Assembly: GCA_964581775.1 (NCBI GenBank)
Contig: CAZOQA010000005.1
Coordinates: forward strand, 52 to 64,051
DNA length: 64,000 nucleotides
Source: an uncultured Thermoplasmatales archaeon
GTDB lineage: Archaea > Thermoplasmatota > SW-10-69-26
Direction of reading: 5' to 3'
Shown here piece by piece: positions 28,143 through 37,888 of the stretch (its first letter is position 1; each line of letters begins with the position of its first letter). A program made the position numbers and the translations under genes. The notes beneath the pieces are model-generated. The model was not told the DNA's origin. It searched no databases and saw nothing but the letters and a program-made list of their open reading frames with translations.

Positions 28143-28595
28143 GTGGGCCTTTTAGACTGGTTCAGGGACGACGACGAAGACCCGGATCGGCACCGGAGCA
28201 AGCGCCGCAGGGACCCTCCCAACCAGCACCCGATCAAGTACATCGAGAAGGAGGCCTTGCAGATGATCGTCGAGTCGGCCCGGCACGCGCACCCGAACGA
28301 GTTCGCGGGGGCGCTTCGAGCCCCGAAGGACACGATCGAGGAGATCGTGATCGTGCCCGGGACGGTGCAGGGTGCCACGCACGCGATCATGAAGATGCAC
28401 GAGCTGCCGCCGGACCCCTACGTGGTCGGGACGGTCCACAGCCACCCGTCCAAGACGGCCAGACCCTCCCAAGAGGACCTGCAGCTTTTCGGCAAGCACG
28501 GGCACACGCACATCATCATCCACCACCCCTACGACGAGAGCACCTGGCGCTCGTGGAACCACCGTGGCGAGCCCGTGAACCTGCGGATCGTGTGA
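28143..28595 (+). CDS. JAMM/MPN+ metalloprotease
   Basis: E (HPNEF) plus intact HSHPSKTARPSQED motif; GGAGG RBS before the GTG. Confidence 0.88.
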   Translation: MGLLDWFRDDDEDPDRHRSKRRRDPPNQHPIKYIEKEALQMIVESARHAHPNEFAGALRAPKDTIEEIVIVPGTVQGATHAIMKMHELPPDPYVVGTVHSHPSKTARPSQEDLQLFGKHGHTHIIIHHPYDESTWRSWNHRGEPVNLRIV

Positions 28596-28776
28596 GCACC
28601 AAGCGCCGGCTGCGCGCGCTCACCCCCGCCTATATGGGACGAGGTTGGTCCCTGTTAGAGAGGCTCTCGAAGCCGATCCTTGGCGAATCACTCCTGTAGG
28701 GCACCCGAAATTTCCGAGGGTTTACATACAGAGAGTGACCCATACGGACGTAGAACCAGCCCTCCGGTGACCCATC

Positions 28777-29016
28777 ATGACGCACGTAATCGCTGAACCC
28801 TGCATCGGGACGAAATCGGCCGACTGTGTGGACGTCTGCCCCGTCGACTGCATCTACGAGGCCGAGGAGATGTACTACATCCACCCCGAGGAATGCATCG
28901 ACTGCGGCGCCTGCGTCGCCGTGTGCCCCGTCACGGCGATCTTCCCGGAGGACGACCTCCCCGACAAGTGGGAGGAGTTCACCGCGCGCAACCGCGAACT
29001 CTCGGGCCTCGCCTAG
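28777..29016 (+). CDS. fdxA: 7Fe/8Fe ferredoxin
   Basis: CIGTKSADCVDVCPVDCI and CIDCGACVAVCP. Confidence 0.95.
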   Translation: MTHVIAEPCIGTKSADCVDVCPVDCIYEAEEMYYIHPEECIDCGACVAVCPVTAIFPEDDLPDKWEEFTARNRELSGLA

Positions 29017-29070
29017 CCCATCGACGACCCGACGCGAACCCCTAAACCCCCGCGCCGGGTCCATCCCCAC

Positions 29071-29733
29071 GTGACCCAGAACAGAGGTGGCCCCATGGCC
29101 TCCCGCGTCCGCCCCGCACGACGCCCCCGCTGGCGCCGCTACGTGCCCGGCCTGGGCCTCCTCCTCATCTCCCTTCTCCCTCTCCTCGCCACCACCCCCC
29201 CCGCAGGGTACCTGCTCTCCCTCGGCCTGTCCCTCCACACGACCCGCGTGATGCTCGCCGCTGCAGGCATCGGCCTCGTCATGGCAGCCGCCGCGCTCGC
29301 CAACCACTCCCCCGTGCCCGTGCTCGCGCTCGGCACCGCAGGCACGATCCTCGGCGCCAGCATGCTCACCGGACCCCTCGTAGGATTCCCCCTCTTCGCG
29401 GCCGGCGCAGGATGGCTCGCCTACCTCGAAGGCCGCCGCCTGTTCGAAGGCATCACCCTCTCCCCCCGGGGGACCACGCTGCACCGGTTCCTCAAACCCC
29501 CCCTCGTCATCCAGCACGAAGACATCCAGCACGCCCACACCGCCATGCACGACGACCACCGCGGCACGCTCATCCTCGAAACCGACCACGGCACGGTCAC
29601 CGCGCCACACCTCCCCGCGTGCACCACCCTGCAAGAGCGCATCGAAGCCCGCCTGAACCCCCCGCCCACCGAGCCCACCGCGACCAGCCTCTCCCACGCC
29701 CGAGAGCGTATCGAGGACCTGGTGGGTCGATGA
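29071..29733 (+). CDS. Membrane protein with C-terminal PH-like (bPH) soluble domain
   Basis: Several TM helices followed by a beta-rich domain; GTLILET... Confidence 0.6.
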   Translation: MTQNRGGPMASRVRPARRPRWRRYVPGLGLLLISLLPLLATTPPAGYLLSLGLSLHTTRVMLAAAGIGLVMAAAALANHSPVPVLALGTAGTILGASMLTGPLVGFPLFAAGAGWLAYLEGRRLFEGITLSPRGTTLHRFLKPPLVIQHEDIQHAHTAMHDDHRGTLILETDHGTVTAPHLPACTTLQERIEARLNPPPTEPTATSLSHARERIEDLVGR

Positions 29734-29734
29734 G

Positions 29735-30226
29735 ATGGCCCGAGTCCACATACGCAAGGCCCGACCCGAGGACCGCGACGACGTCAAGCTCCTCCACGAG
29801 GTCTGCTTCTCCGAAGACATGGCCCTGGACGAGCTCGTGCTCGAGAACCTCCTCACCCACCCGTACGGCATCAACCTGGTCGCCGAGCACGAAGACGCCA
29901 CCCCCCTCGCCGGATACGCGGGCGCCCTCCACGGCGCCCGGCCCACCGCACGGTTGCTCACCCTCCACGTCCACCCCAACCACCGCCGCGCCGGCATCGC
30001 CAGCCGGCTGCTGGACCGCCTGGAAGCCCAGCTGATCGCGCGGAAAGCCAACGCCCTCGAGCTCGAAGTCCACACCGAGAACCTCCCCGCCCAGCGCCTG
30101 TACGAAGACCGAGGCTACGAGGTCGTCCGAGAGGACCCGCAGGCCTACCCGAGCGTGGATCCCCCTCAGGGGTACGTGATGCGAAAACCCCTCACCGTCG
30201 AGGACCCGCGAAGCCAGCAAGCTTAA
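29735..30226 (+). CDS. GNAT N-acetyltransferase (RimI-like)
   Basis: LHVHPNHRRAGIASRLL, LEVHTENLPAQRLYEDRGY. Confidence 0.9.
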   Translation: MARVHIRKARPEDRDDVKLLHEVCFSEDMALDELVLENLLTHPYGINLVAEHEDATPLAGYAGALHGARPTARLLTLHVHPNHRRAGIASRLLDRLEAQLIARKANALELEVHTENLPAQRLYEDRGYEVVREDPQAYPSVDPPQGYVMRKPLTVEDPRSQQA

Positions 30227-30249
30227 CCGGGCAACCCGGTTCCCCCCTG

Positions 30250-31167
30250 ATGCGACTGGTCAGCCTCCGCCAAGAACGCGGGACCGAAGCCGCGCTCGAC
30301 ACCGGAGACCACCTGGTGCCCGTGCACGGACCGCTGGACCGGGACGAGCCGATGTCCATGGAGGCTCTTCTGCGCGAGTGGCCCGATGCTCGCGGCATGC
30401 TCCAAGAGGCCGACGAGCGGAGCCCCGACGACCACGAGGACGCGATCGCCCGGTCCGGCGCGGACCTTGCAGCGCCCGTGCCCGATCCTCCATCGTTCCG
30501 GGACTTCTACGCGTTCGAGGAACACGTCTCGCGCTCGTGGAAGCGGCGCGGCTCCACCGTCCCGGACGCGTGGTACGAGGTCCCCGTGTTCTACTTCTCC
30601 AACCCGTCCTCCATGGTGGGGCCCGGGCGCGTGGTCGAACGCCCCGCGTCGACGCAGGAGCTGGACTTCGAGCTTGAGGTCGGATGGGTGATCGGGGAGC
30701 AAGCGCGCGATCTGGACCCTTCCGAGGCGTGGGACGCGATCGTGGGGCTCATGGTGCTCAACGATTTCAGCGCGCGGGATGTGCAACGCAGGGAGATGAG
30801 CGTCGGGCTGGGCCCGAGCAAGGGCAAGGACTTCGCGACCGGGGCGGGGCCTTGCTTGGTCACGTTGGACGAGCTGGCGGATGCCCGACGGGGAGAGCAT
30901 CTCGATTTGGAGATGCGGGCCCGCGTGAACGGGGAGGCTGTCTCAAGGGGGAACCTGGCAGATCTGCATTACTCGATCGCTGAGATGACGGCGCACGCCA
31001 GCCGGGATGCGACGCTTCGCCCGGGGGAGGTGATGGGCACGGGCACGGTGGGCACAGGCTGCATCCTGGACCTGGGCACGGACGGGTGGCTTGAGCCTGG
31101 GGATGAGGTGGAGCTTGAGGTGGAGCGCTTGGGCGTGCTCCGGCACGAGATCGGGGCTGCCCTCTGA
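30250..31167 (+). CDS. Fumarylacetoacetate hydrolase family protein
   Basis: RDFYAFEEH, LDFELE, NDFSARDVQ, KGKDF, GTGTVG.GC. Confidence 0.92.
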   Translation: MRLVSLRQERGTEAALDTGDHLVPVHGPLDRDEPMSMEALLREWPDARGMLQEADERSPDDHEDAIARSGADLAAPVPDPPSFRDFYAFEEHVSRSWKRRGSTVPDAWYEVPVFYFSNPSSMVGPGRVVERPASTQELDFELEVGWVIGEQARDLDPSEAWDAIVGLMVLNDFSARDVQRREMSVGLGPSKGKDFATGAGPCLVTLDELADARRGEHLDLEMRARVNGEAVSRGNLADLHYSIAEMTAHASRDATLRPGEVMGTGTVGTGCILDLGTDGWLEPGDEVELEVERLGVLRHEIGAAL

Positions 31168-31204
31168 ACCGTCTGCGTGCACATGTCCACGTAGGACCGG
31201 AAGG

Positions 31205-32410
31205 ATGGAAGGGGCGGGCTGGGTGGCCAGGCGTATGCGCGTGCCGCGCTCGGGCGTGGCGGGCATCGCGGGGACGTTCGTGCTCATGATGGCGGCCACG
31301 CTGCCGTACCCGCTGCTGGACGCCTTCGTGGTGGACCGGCTCGGCACGGGCACGTTCGCGCCGGCGGCGTACGTGAGCGTGAACCTGATCGCGTACGTGG
31401 TCGCGGGTCCTTTGGCGGGTCGGTGGGTGGATCGGACCTCAAGGCCCCACAGGGGCCTGGTGGTCGGCATGCTGGGTCAAGGAGCGTTGCTGGGGGTGCA
31501 GCCGTGGGTGGGGGGCTTGGCGGTGCTTTTGCCGGTGCGCTTCCTGGAGGGGGCGGCGACGATGGTGGCGATGACGGCGTTGCATGCGACCGTGCTCGCG
31601 GACAGGGGGACGGATCGGGGTACGGGCGCGGGCGTGATCGGGTTGGGGTTGGCGTTGGGTGTGGCTGCGGGGTCGGCGTTCGGAGGCGTGTTGGGGGATC
31701 TTCGGTTGTGGGCCCCGTTCGTCTTGGGTGCGGCCGTGCTGGGGGCAAGCGCGATCGTGGCGGGCGCGTGGCGGCCCCGAGCGGGGGATAGGGGGCAGCG
31801 GTCGGGGCCGGGCTTGGTGGCGTTGTTGCGGGAGACACCGGATTTGTGGGTGCCGGTGGGCTTCTCGTTCGCGGACCGGTTGACGGTGGGGTTCTTGGTG
31901 ACGGCGTTGCCGTTGACCCTGGCTTCGGTCCAGGGGTTCGCCCCGTGGCGGATCGGGTTGGCGATGACCGTGTTCTTGCTGGCGTTCGGGGCGGGTCAGG
32001 TGCCTGCGGGTCGGCTCTCGGAGCGGTGGGGGCGGTGGGCTCCCATCGGGGTGGGGTCGTTGGCGTACGGTGCGTTGATCGTGGCCATCCCGTTCGCGGG
32101 CGGCGCGTGGTTGTGGGCCGTGTTGGTGGGGGCGGGGTTGTCGGGCGCGGTCATGTTCGCGCCGTCGCTGGCGTTGACGGGGGATCTTTCGGTGGACGTG
32201 CCGGGCCGGGGCGTGGCGTTGTTCCATCAGGCGGGCTCGCTGGGGTTCGCGATCGGTCCGTTGGGGGCGGGGGGGCTTTTGGGCTTCGTCTCGGCCGGGG
32301 GGGCCTTCTTGGTGGCGGGTTTGGTGGAGGTCGTGGCCGCGTTCGTGCTCTTGGCGGTGGCGTGGTCTCGGTCACGTGGCGGGGCGGGTCTTCTGGCGTC
32401 CGCGTCGTGA
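31205..32410 (+). CDS. MFS transporter
   Basis: About 12 TM helices; GRWVDR and GRLSERWGR MFS loop motifs. Confidence 0.88.
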   Translation: MEGAGWVARRMRVPRSGVAGIAGTFVLMMAATLPYPLLDAFVVDRLGTGTFAPAAYVSVNLIAYVVAGPLAGRWVDRTSRPHRGLVVGMLGQGALLGVQPWVGGLAVLLPVRFLEGAATMVAMTALHATVLADRGTDRGTGAGVIGLGLALGVAAGSAFGGVLGDLRLWAPFVLGAAVLGASAIVAGAWRPRAGDRGQRSGPGLVALLRETPDLWVPVGFSFADRLTVGFLVTALPLTLASVQGFAPWRIGLAMTVFLLAFGAGQVPAGRLSERWGRWAPIGVGSLAYGALIVAIPFAGGAWLWAVLVGAGLSGAVMFAPSLALTGDLSVDVPGRGVALFHQAGSLGFAIGPLGAGGLLGFVSAGGAFLVAGLVEVVAAFVLLAVAWSRSRGGAGLLASAS

Positions 32411-32455
32411 GGGGAACCGCTGCGTTCATGGGGGGTCGTGGGGGTGGCGGGCGTG

Positions 32456-33223
32456 ATGCAGCAGTTGGACCCGGGCGTGCCGGCCGTCGTGGAGCAGGGC
32501 GAGGATCTGGCGCTGATCCGGGTCCCGGAGGAAGACGGGACGGTGGAGGTGCCCGGGTTGGGCGTGTTGTCCGGGTCCTTGTTCGTGGGGGTCTCGTGGG
32601 GGGAGCGGGTCTCGTTGGGACGACGCTCGATGCGCGTGTTCCCGGTGACGCCTGAGCTGGCGTTCGAGACGTTGAACCGGGGCCCGCAGGTGATCCGGCC
32701 TCTGGACGCGTCACGCGTCGCGCACGCGTGCGGGGTGGGTCCGGGAGCGGTGATCGTGGAGGGGGGCGTGGGGTCGGGCGCGTTGACGGCGTATTTGGCC
32801 TTCCTGGTGGGCGAACAGGGTCGCGTGCACGGGTTCGATGCGCGCAAGGATCATCTGGCGACGGCTCGGGGCAACCTGGGCCGGGTGGGGCTGGGGGATC
32901 GCGTTGCGTGGCACCATGGGGACCTGGAGGCGTGCGAGGTCGCGTGCGAGGCGTTCGTGGCGGACGTTCCGGCCCCGGAGGCGGTGGTCCCGGCCGCCGA
33001 GCGGTGCCTTGAGGCGGGGGGGCGGTTCGCGGCGTACACGCCGCTTGTCAGCCAGGTCGAGGCGGTGCGCCGCGCGTTGGACGAGCACGCGTTCGTGCGC
33101 GTGCGCTCCTTGGAGCAGCTCTCCCGGGACTGGGTGGTGCACGAGCGGGGGGCTCGGCCGTCGTTCGAGATGCTGGGGCACTCGGGGTTCTTGACGTTCG
33201 CCACGCGCGCGGTCGAGCCCTAG
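32456..33223 (+). CDS. trmI: tRNA (adenine-N1)-methyltransferase TrmI/GCD14 family
   Basis: RGPQVIRPLD, VEGGVGSGALT, ADVPAP, YTP...Q, R.W.V....RPSFEMLGHSGFL.FA. Confidence 0.9.
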   Translation: MQQLDPGVPAVVEQGEDLALIRVPEEDGTVEVPGLGVLSGSLFVGVSWGERVSLGRRSMRVFPVTPELAFETLNRGPQVIRPLDASRVAHACGVGPGAVIVEGGVGSGALTAYLAFLVGEQGRVHGFDARKDHLATARGNLGRVGLGDRVAWHHGDLEACEVACEAFVADVPAPEAVVPAAERCLEAGGRFAAYTPLVSQVEAVRRALDEHAFVRVRSLEQLSRDWVVHERGARPSFEMLGHSGFLTFATRAVEP

Positions 33224-33226
33224 CCG

Positions 33227-34558
33227 TCATCCTTCGTGAACGTGCACTTGCACGGCCAGGCTTCGGCCTCCCAGGTCCCGGGGTTCCCACGACTCGGCCC
33301 CGTACCCGTCCTGGGGGGGCAAGAGAGCGGTCACGGATTGTCCATGGTGGGCGCGCTCGATCAGCGCGTCGATGCCGGGGACCAGTTGCGTGTCTCCCAC
33401 CTCGACCTGCAAGGGCTCCAGCTGGTCGGGGTCGTCGAACCAGGCCGGTTCGCGGAACCAGGTCAGCGAGTCTTCCTCTGCGTACGCGGGCACGGTGGTG
33501 TCGAAGGGGCGGGCGTCCTCGAGCGTGCCGACGAAGTCGAACTCGATCGTGTCCCCTTGCTCGGTGCTGGGACCAAGGGGGCCTACGTTCACGGTGAGGT
33601 TGCGCGTGGTGGAGACGGTCTCGTTCTCGGGGTCCGCGAACGTCGCGTTCACGGGGTAGGCTCCGTGCTCGGCGTCCTCGGGCACATGGACGTCGAGGAA
33701 GAAGGTGTCCGTCTGACCGGACGCGATCACGGGTCGGTCGGCGTACCGGAGCTCGGCGTCCCACGCGTCGCCGGGGAGCTCCGTCTCGACGGTCCCGTTC
33801 AGGGGAAGGGGGCCCGTGTTGCGGACCGCGAGCATGAACTCGGCCGTGCCTTCGGGCTCGGCGCTTTGCTCGCAGTCGAACCCGTAAGAGGACAGCTCGA
33901 CATGGCCCTCGTCCGCGGGGCGCTGGGCGGGCAACCCGTGGGCCTCGTGCAGCCAGGCGTTCTCCTCGGGACGGTCCCGCTCGTCGGTGGGGAGCTGGCT
34001 GAGCCGTTGGGCCACGTCCAGCCCGTCGACGACGCGAGCGATGACATCCTGCTTGTCGTCGAACCCGGGAAGCGGCATGAGCGTGATGATGAACTGGGTG
34101 CCGCCTTGCTGGGGTTGCGTGCCGGCGATGGAGACGGTCCCGGGTTCGTCGTGGCGCAGGTGCTCGTGGAACTGGTCGGGCATCTGGTACTGACCCCCTG
34201 CCCCCCAGAGGTTGCGGTTGCTGGTGCCGCCGTAGTCCACGTCTCCACCCTGGATGAACGTGTCCGGGTAGAGCTGGTGGAAGCGCGTCTCGTCGTACGA
34301 GCCGTCTTGCACGTGGGTCAGGAAGGTGCCAGCGGGGAAGGGCACCTGGGCTTGGTAGACGACCAGCTCCATGGTGCCCTCGGAGGTGACAAGCTCGACG
34401 CGGGGGTTGAACGCCTCGGCCTCTTCCAGGTCGTACCCAGTCAGCATCTCGCCGCAGGGCTCGATCGGGTTGGGCGCGGCGTCGGTGCCGCTCGTGGGGC
34501 ATCCCACAAGGGCGACCGTCGTGAGGATCGCTGCAAGCAGGACCGCGCGGTCCCTCAT
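33227..34558 (-). CDS. Lipoprotein with cyclophilin-like, Ig-like and FKBP-like domains
   Basis: Lipobox LVGC; FHQ...FIQGGD...GTQFII cyclophilin fold; GDTIEFDFVGTL...FDT...LVPG...GYG FKBP fold. Confidence 0.8.
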   Translation of the reverse strand: MRDRAVLLAAILTTVALVGCPTSGTDAAPNPIEPCGEMLTGYDLEEAEAFNPRVELVTSEGTMELVVYQAQVPFPAGTFLTHVQDGSYDETRFHQLYPDTFIQGGDVDYGGTSNRNLWGAGGQYQMPDQFHEHLRHDEPGTVSIAGTQPQQGGTQFIITLMPLPGFDDKQDVIARVVDGLDVAQRLSQLPTDERDRPEENAWLHEAHGLPAQRPADEGHVELSSYGFDCEQSAEPEGTAEFMLAVRNTGPLPLNGTVETELPGDAWDAELRYADRPVIASGQTDTFFLDVHVPEDAEHGAYPVNATFADPENETVSTTRNLTVNVGPLGPSTEQGDTIEFDFVGTLEDARPFDTTVPAYAEEDSLTWFREPAWFDDPDQLEPLQVEVGDTQLVPGIDALIERAHHGQSVTALLPPQDGYGAESWEPRDLGGRSLAVQVHVHEG

Positions 34559-34752
34559 CACCCCGCCAGGAGGGCTCCCCCGGTTAAAGCGTTCGTGTTC
34601 GGACGCCGTCCTCATGCAGGGGGGGTTTCGAAAGGCTTTCACGCCGCGGTCTGCTGAAGGGGCCAGACGATGGACCCGTCGGGTTCGACCGGTCGCGCCG
34701 TGTCCCCACGCGCTTCCCCAGACGCATCCCGGCGCCGCATGGGAGGGACCTC

Positions 34753-36024
34753 GTGAGCACGATCGCGTTCCTCCTGGACCTGGCCGCGGCGGTCGGGACG
34801 GGGGCCCTGGTCGGGATCGAGCGCGAGCACCGGCGAAGCGAGGGTTACGTGCTGGCCGGCGTTCGCACGTTCCCGCTGGTAAGCGTGGCCGGGTTCCTCA
34901 CCGCGACCCTCGGGGACGTGCTCGAGTCCCCATGGCCGGTGACCCTGGGCGTGCTCGGGTTCCTGTTGGTCACGATGGCGTTCTACTACGTTCGCTCCCA
35001 GAGCGGGGATCACGGTTTCACGACGCCGATGGCGGTCCTGTTGACGTTCCTGTTCGGGACGCTCATCGGATTGGGGTTCCTGCTGGAGGCCATCGTGGTC
35101 AGCGTGATCACGACCGCGCTGTTGCTCACGAAGACGCGGCTGCACCAGCTTGCGGAGACCCTCTCGAACCGGGAGATCATGGGCGCGGTCCAGTTCGTGG
35201 CGCTCGCGTTCGTCGCCTTCCCCTTGGCCCGGGAGGCGGAGGGGCCCTACTTGCGGGGCTTGATCGGGAGCGGGCGACCGATCGATCTCGAGTGGACCTT
35301 GTTGATCGTGGTCGCGGCCAGCGCGATCGGGTTCATCTCGTTCTTGGCGCTTCGTCGACTGGGCGCACGCGGGGGCCTTCCGGCCGCGGGAGCTCTGGGG
35401 GGTCTCGTGAACAGCGAGGCGGCCACGGCCAGCGTCTCGGGCCTCGCCAAGGGGGCCTCGAACCTTCGCTCCGCGGCGGGAGCCGCCGTGTTCGCGGCTA
35501 CAGGCACCTCGCTGGTTCGCAACATCGTGCTCACGGGCATCGCGGATCCCACGTTCGAGCTGCTGGTCCCGTTCACGCTGCTCTTGATCGCGCCCATCCT
35601 CTTGATGGTGCTCGCGGGAGCGTGGCTTGGCAGCCGCTCGCCCTCGGACGCGAGCACGGAGGACATCGGGTTGGAAAGCCCGTTCGCGATCCGGCCCGCG
35701 TTGACGTTCGCGCTCGTGTTCACGGCCGTGAACGCGGCCGCGTTCTTCCTTCAGGACCTGGCGGGACCCCTGGGCGTGTACGCGACGAGCATCGGCGCGC
35801 TGGTCTCCAGCGGCGCCGTGGTCGCCTCCGCGGCGAACCTCGTGTTCACGGGCACGGTCCCCATGGAGGTGGGGCTGATCACGGCGGGGTTGGCCACCGT
35901 GATCGGGTTCTTCTCGAAGCTCGGCGTGGTTGCCTTCATCAACCGGCCCCTTCTTCGACCGGTCACGCTCCCGGTCCTCCTGGCGGCCGCCGTGACGCTT
36001 GGCGGGCTTTTGTTCTTCGTGTGA
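34753..36024 (+). CDS. MgtC/SapB family membrane protein with DUF4010
   Basis: LVGIEREH, AGVRTFPLVS, GFTT, GGLVNSEA.T. Confidence 0.88.
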   Translation: MSTIAFLLDLAAAVGTGALVGIEREHRRSEGYVLAGVRTFPLVSVAGFLTATLGDVLESPWPVTLGVLGFLLVTMAFYYVRSQSGDHGFTTPMAVLLTFLFGTLIGLGFLLEAIVVSVITTALLLTKTRLHQLAETLSNREIMGAVQFVALAFVAFPLAREAEGPYLRGLIGSGRPIDLEWTLLIVVAASAIGFISFLALRRLGARGGLPAAGALGGLVNSEAATASVSGLAKGASNLRSAAGAAVFAATGTSLVRNIVLTGIADPTFELLVPFTLLLIAPILLMVLAGAWLGSRSPSDASTEDIGLESPFAIRPALTFALVFTAVNAAAFFLQDLAGPLGVYATSIGALVSSGAVVASAANLVFTGTVPMEVGLITAGLATVIGFFSKLGVVAFINRPLLRPVTLPVLLAAAVTLGGLLFFV

Positions 36025-36088
36025 CCGACCAAGCGGGGACCCGTCGGGAACCGAAGGGACCCTAAAGGAGGCGCGCATTCAGCCCTTG

Positions 36089-37186
36089 ATGCGGTGGGAC
36101 GTGGACCTTGCCACGTTGCTCGTGTACGGCCTGATCCTGGCGCTGTTGTCCTGGCAGGTCGCGGCCCCGTTCTGGGCCTACATCGTGCTGGGGTTGCTGT
36201 TCGCGACCCTGGCGTACCCGATGTACGAGTGGCTGTTGGATCGAACCGGGCGCGCGCGGATCTCGTCGGCCATCACGGTCTCGCTTATCTTCCTGGCCCT
36301 GATCGTGCCCTTGTCCTTGCTGGCGTGGCTGATCATCCGAGACATGGCGCAGCTGGTCGGCCGGCTCTCGGTGGCCACGGTCGAGGAGCAGTTGCTCACG
36401 TTCCTGACGTGGACGAACGAGACGTTCGGGTACCCTGAGACCGTGGAGGAGACGGCCGGCCGGGATCTTCTCATGGAGGTGATCCCGAGCGTGCAGGCCC
36501 AGCTGGCCTCGTGGATCCCGCGCGCGCTGGAGTCCACGGCCGTGTTCCTCCTGGGCTTGATCATCACGATCATCGTGACGTACTACGCGCTCATCCACGG
36601 ACGAAGCTTCCTGGCCCGGTTGAAGATGGCCAGCCCCATGGACGAGCACCTGGAGAACCAGTTCCTCAAGGAGGCCAGCGTCACGGTGGATGGCGTGATC
36701 TGGGGCCAGGTCGTCTCGGCCGGGGCTCAGGGGGGGCTGGGGTGGTTGGCGTTCATGGTCACGGGCCTCCCGAACGCGTTCTTCTGGGGGTTCGTGATGG
36801 CCGTGTTGAGCTTCCTCCCCATCGTGGGAGCGTTCCTGATCTGGGGCCCGGCGGCCGTTTTCCTTCTCGCCACGGGGGAAACCGCTTGGGGGGTCGCGAT
36901 GCTGTTGTGGGGCGGCGTCGTGATCAGCAGCGTCGACAACATCATCCGCCCCATGGTCATCGGGAAAAGCGCGGCGCTTCACCCCATGCTGGCCTTCGTG
37001 GGCGTGCTGGGGGGCCTCATCGCGTTCGGCATCATGGGGTTCCTTCTGGGTCCTCTCGTGCTGAGCATGCTGGCCGTCGTGTTCAACATGCTCGCGGAGA
37101 GCGGCTGGGACCTGTCCACGCTCGCGGAGCCCCCGACGCCGGAGGAAGGCGAGGATGCACCCCCTGACGAGCCCCCTCCCGCGTGA
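36089..37186 (+). CDS. AI-2E family (PerM-like) transporter
   Basis: SFLPIVGAFLIWGP, VDNIIRPMVIG, LHP...VGVLGG..AFGIMGFLLGP. Confidence 0.92.
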   Translation: MRWDVDLATLLVYGLILALLSWQVAAPFWAYIVLGLLFATLAYPMYEWLLDRTGRARISSAITVSLIFLALIVPLSLLAWLIIRDMAQLVGRLSVATVEEQLLTFLTWTNETFGYPETVEETAGRDLLMEVIPSVQAQLASWIPRALESTAVFLLGLIITIIVTYYALIHGRSFLARLKMASPMDEHLENQFLKEASVTVDGVIWGQVVSAGAQGGLGWLAFMVTGLPNAFFWGFVMAVLSFLPIVGAFLIWGPAAVFLLATGETAWGVAMLLWGGVVISSVDNIIRPMVIGKSAALHPMLAFVGVLGGLIAFGIMGFLLGPLVLSMLAVVFNMLAESGWDLSTLAEPPTPEEGEDAPPDEPPPA

Positions 37187-37190
37187 CGCG

Positions 37191-37511
37191 TTACAGGCCG
37201 GAGGGAAGCGCCGGGAGGGGCTTGCCGCTTCGCACGTACTCGATGCACTGCTCGACGTGCTGGATCAACGCCTTACGCGTCCACCCCTCCTCGACGGTCC
37301 CCCGCAGCACGGAGAGGGCTCGGTCCGCGCTGGACAGGGCGCCCTCCTGGTTCCCGGTGGCTGCATCGCGGTGGACCGTGGCGACGAGCAGGAAGGCCCG
37401 TGCGAGGGGGTCCTCGTCCTCGGCGGCCTCGCGGAGAGCCTCGTCGTGGACGGCTTGCTGGTAGCGGCCTTGCTCCATGGCCTCCAAGTACGAGACGCTG
37501 GGGACGCTCAC
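37191..37511 (-). CDS. Hypothetical helical (TPR-like) protein
   Basis: 106-aa ORF downstream of the RHH gene, same strand. Confidence 0.6.
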   Translation of the reverse strand: MSVPSVSYLEAMEQGRYQQAVHDEALREAAEDEDPLARAFLLVATVHRDAATGNQEGALSSADRALSVLRGTVEEGWTRKALIQHVEQCIEYVRSGKPLPALPSGL

Positions 37512-37552
37512 GACCCTGGAACCATCGGGGGCCCCGATAGGCCTTACGACGG

Positions 37553-37816
37553 TCAGCGTTCCAGGTGCTGCTCGAGGATCTCGCGCTGAAGCTCAAGCTG
37601 GTCCTGCATCTGCTGGAGCTGTTCCAACGCGCTGGTGAGCGCTTGCTGGCTCTCGGCGGCCTGCTTGACCTCGGGCCCTTGCTCGGTGATGAAGTCCCTG
37701 ACCGCCCGGCGCACGATGGCGGTCCGGCTGGTGAACTCCCCCGCTTCCACGAGCGCGTCCATGAACTCCACGTCTCGGACCGGTACGCGGACCGTGATGC
37801 GCTGCGTCTTGGGCAC
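37553..37816 (-). CDS. Ribbon-helix-helix (CopG/CdrS-like) regulator with coiled-coil tail
   Basis: RITVRVP...MDALVEAGEFTSRTAIVRRAVRDFI; Q/L heptads at the C-terminus. Confidence 0.8.
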   Translation of the reverse strand: MPKTQRITVRVPVRDVEFMDALVEAGEFTSRTAIVRRAVRDFITEQGPEVKQAAESQQALTSALEQLQQMQDQLELQREILEQHLER

Positions 37817-37888
37817 GGTTGCACCGCCTGGGGTCCTTTCATCCGCGAGGCCTTGTCAGGGTTACGGAGATGGCCCCCGCGCAGTGGC

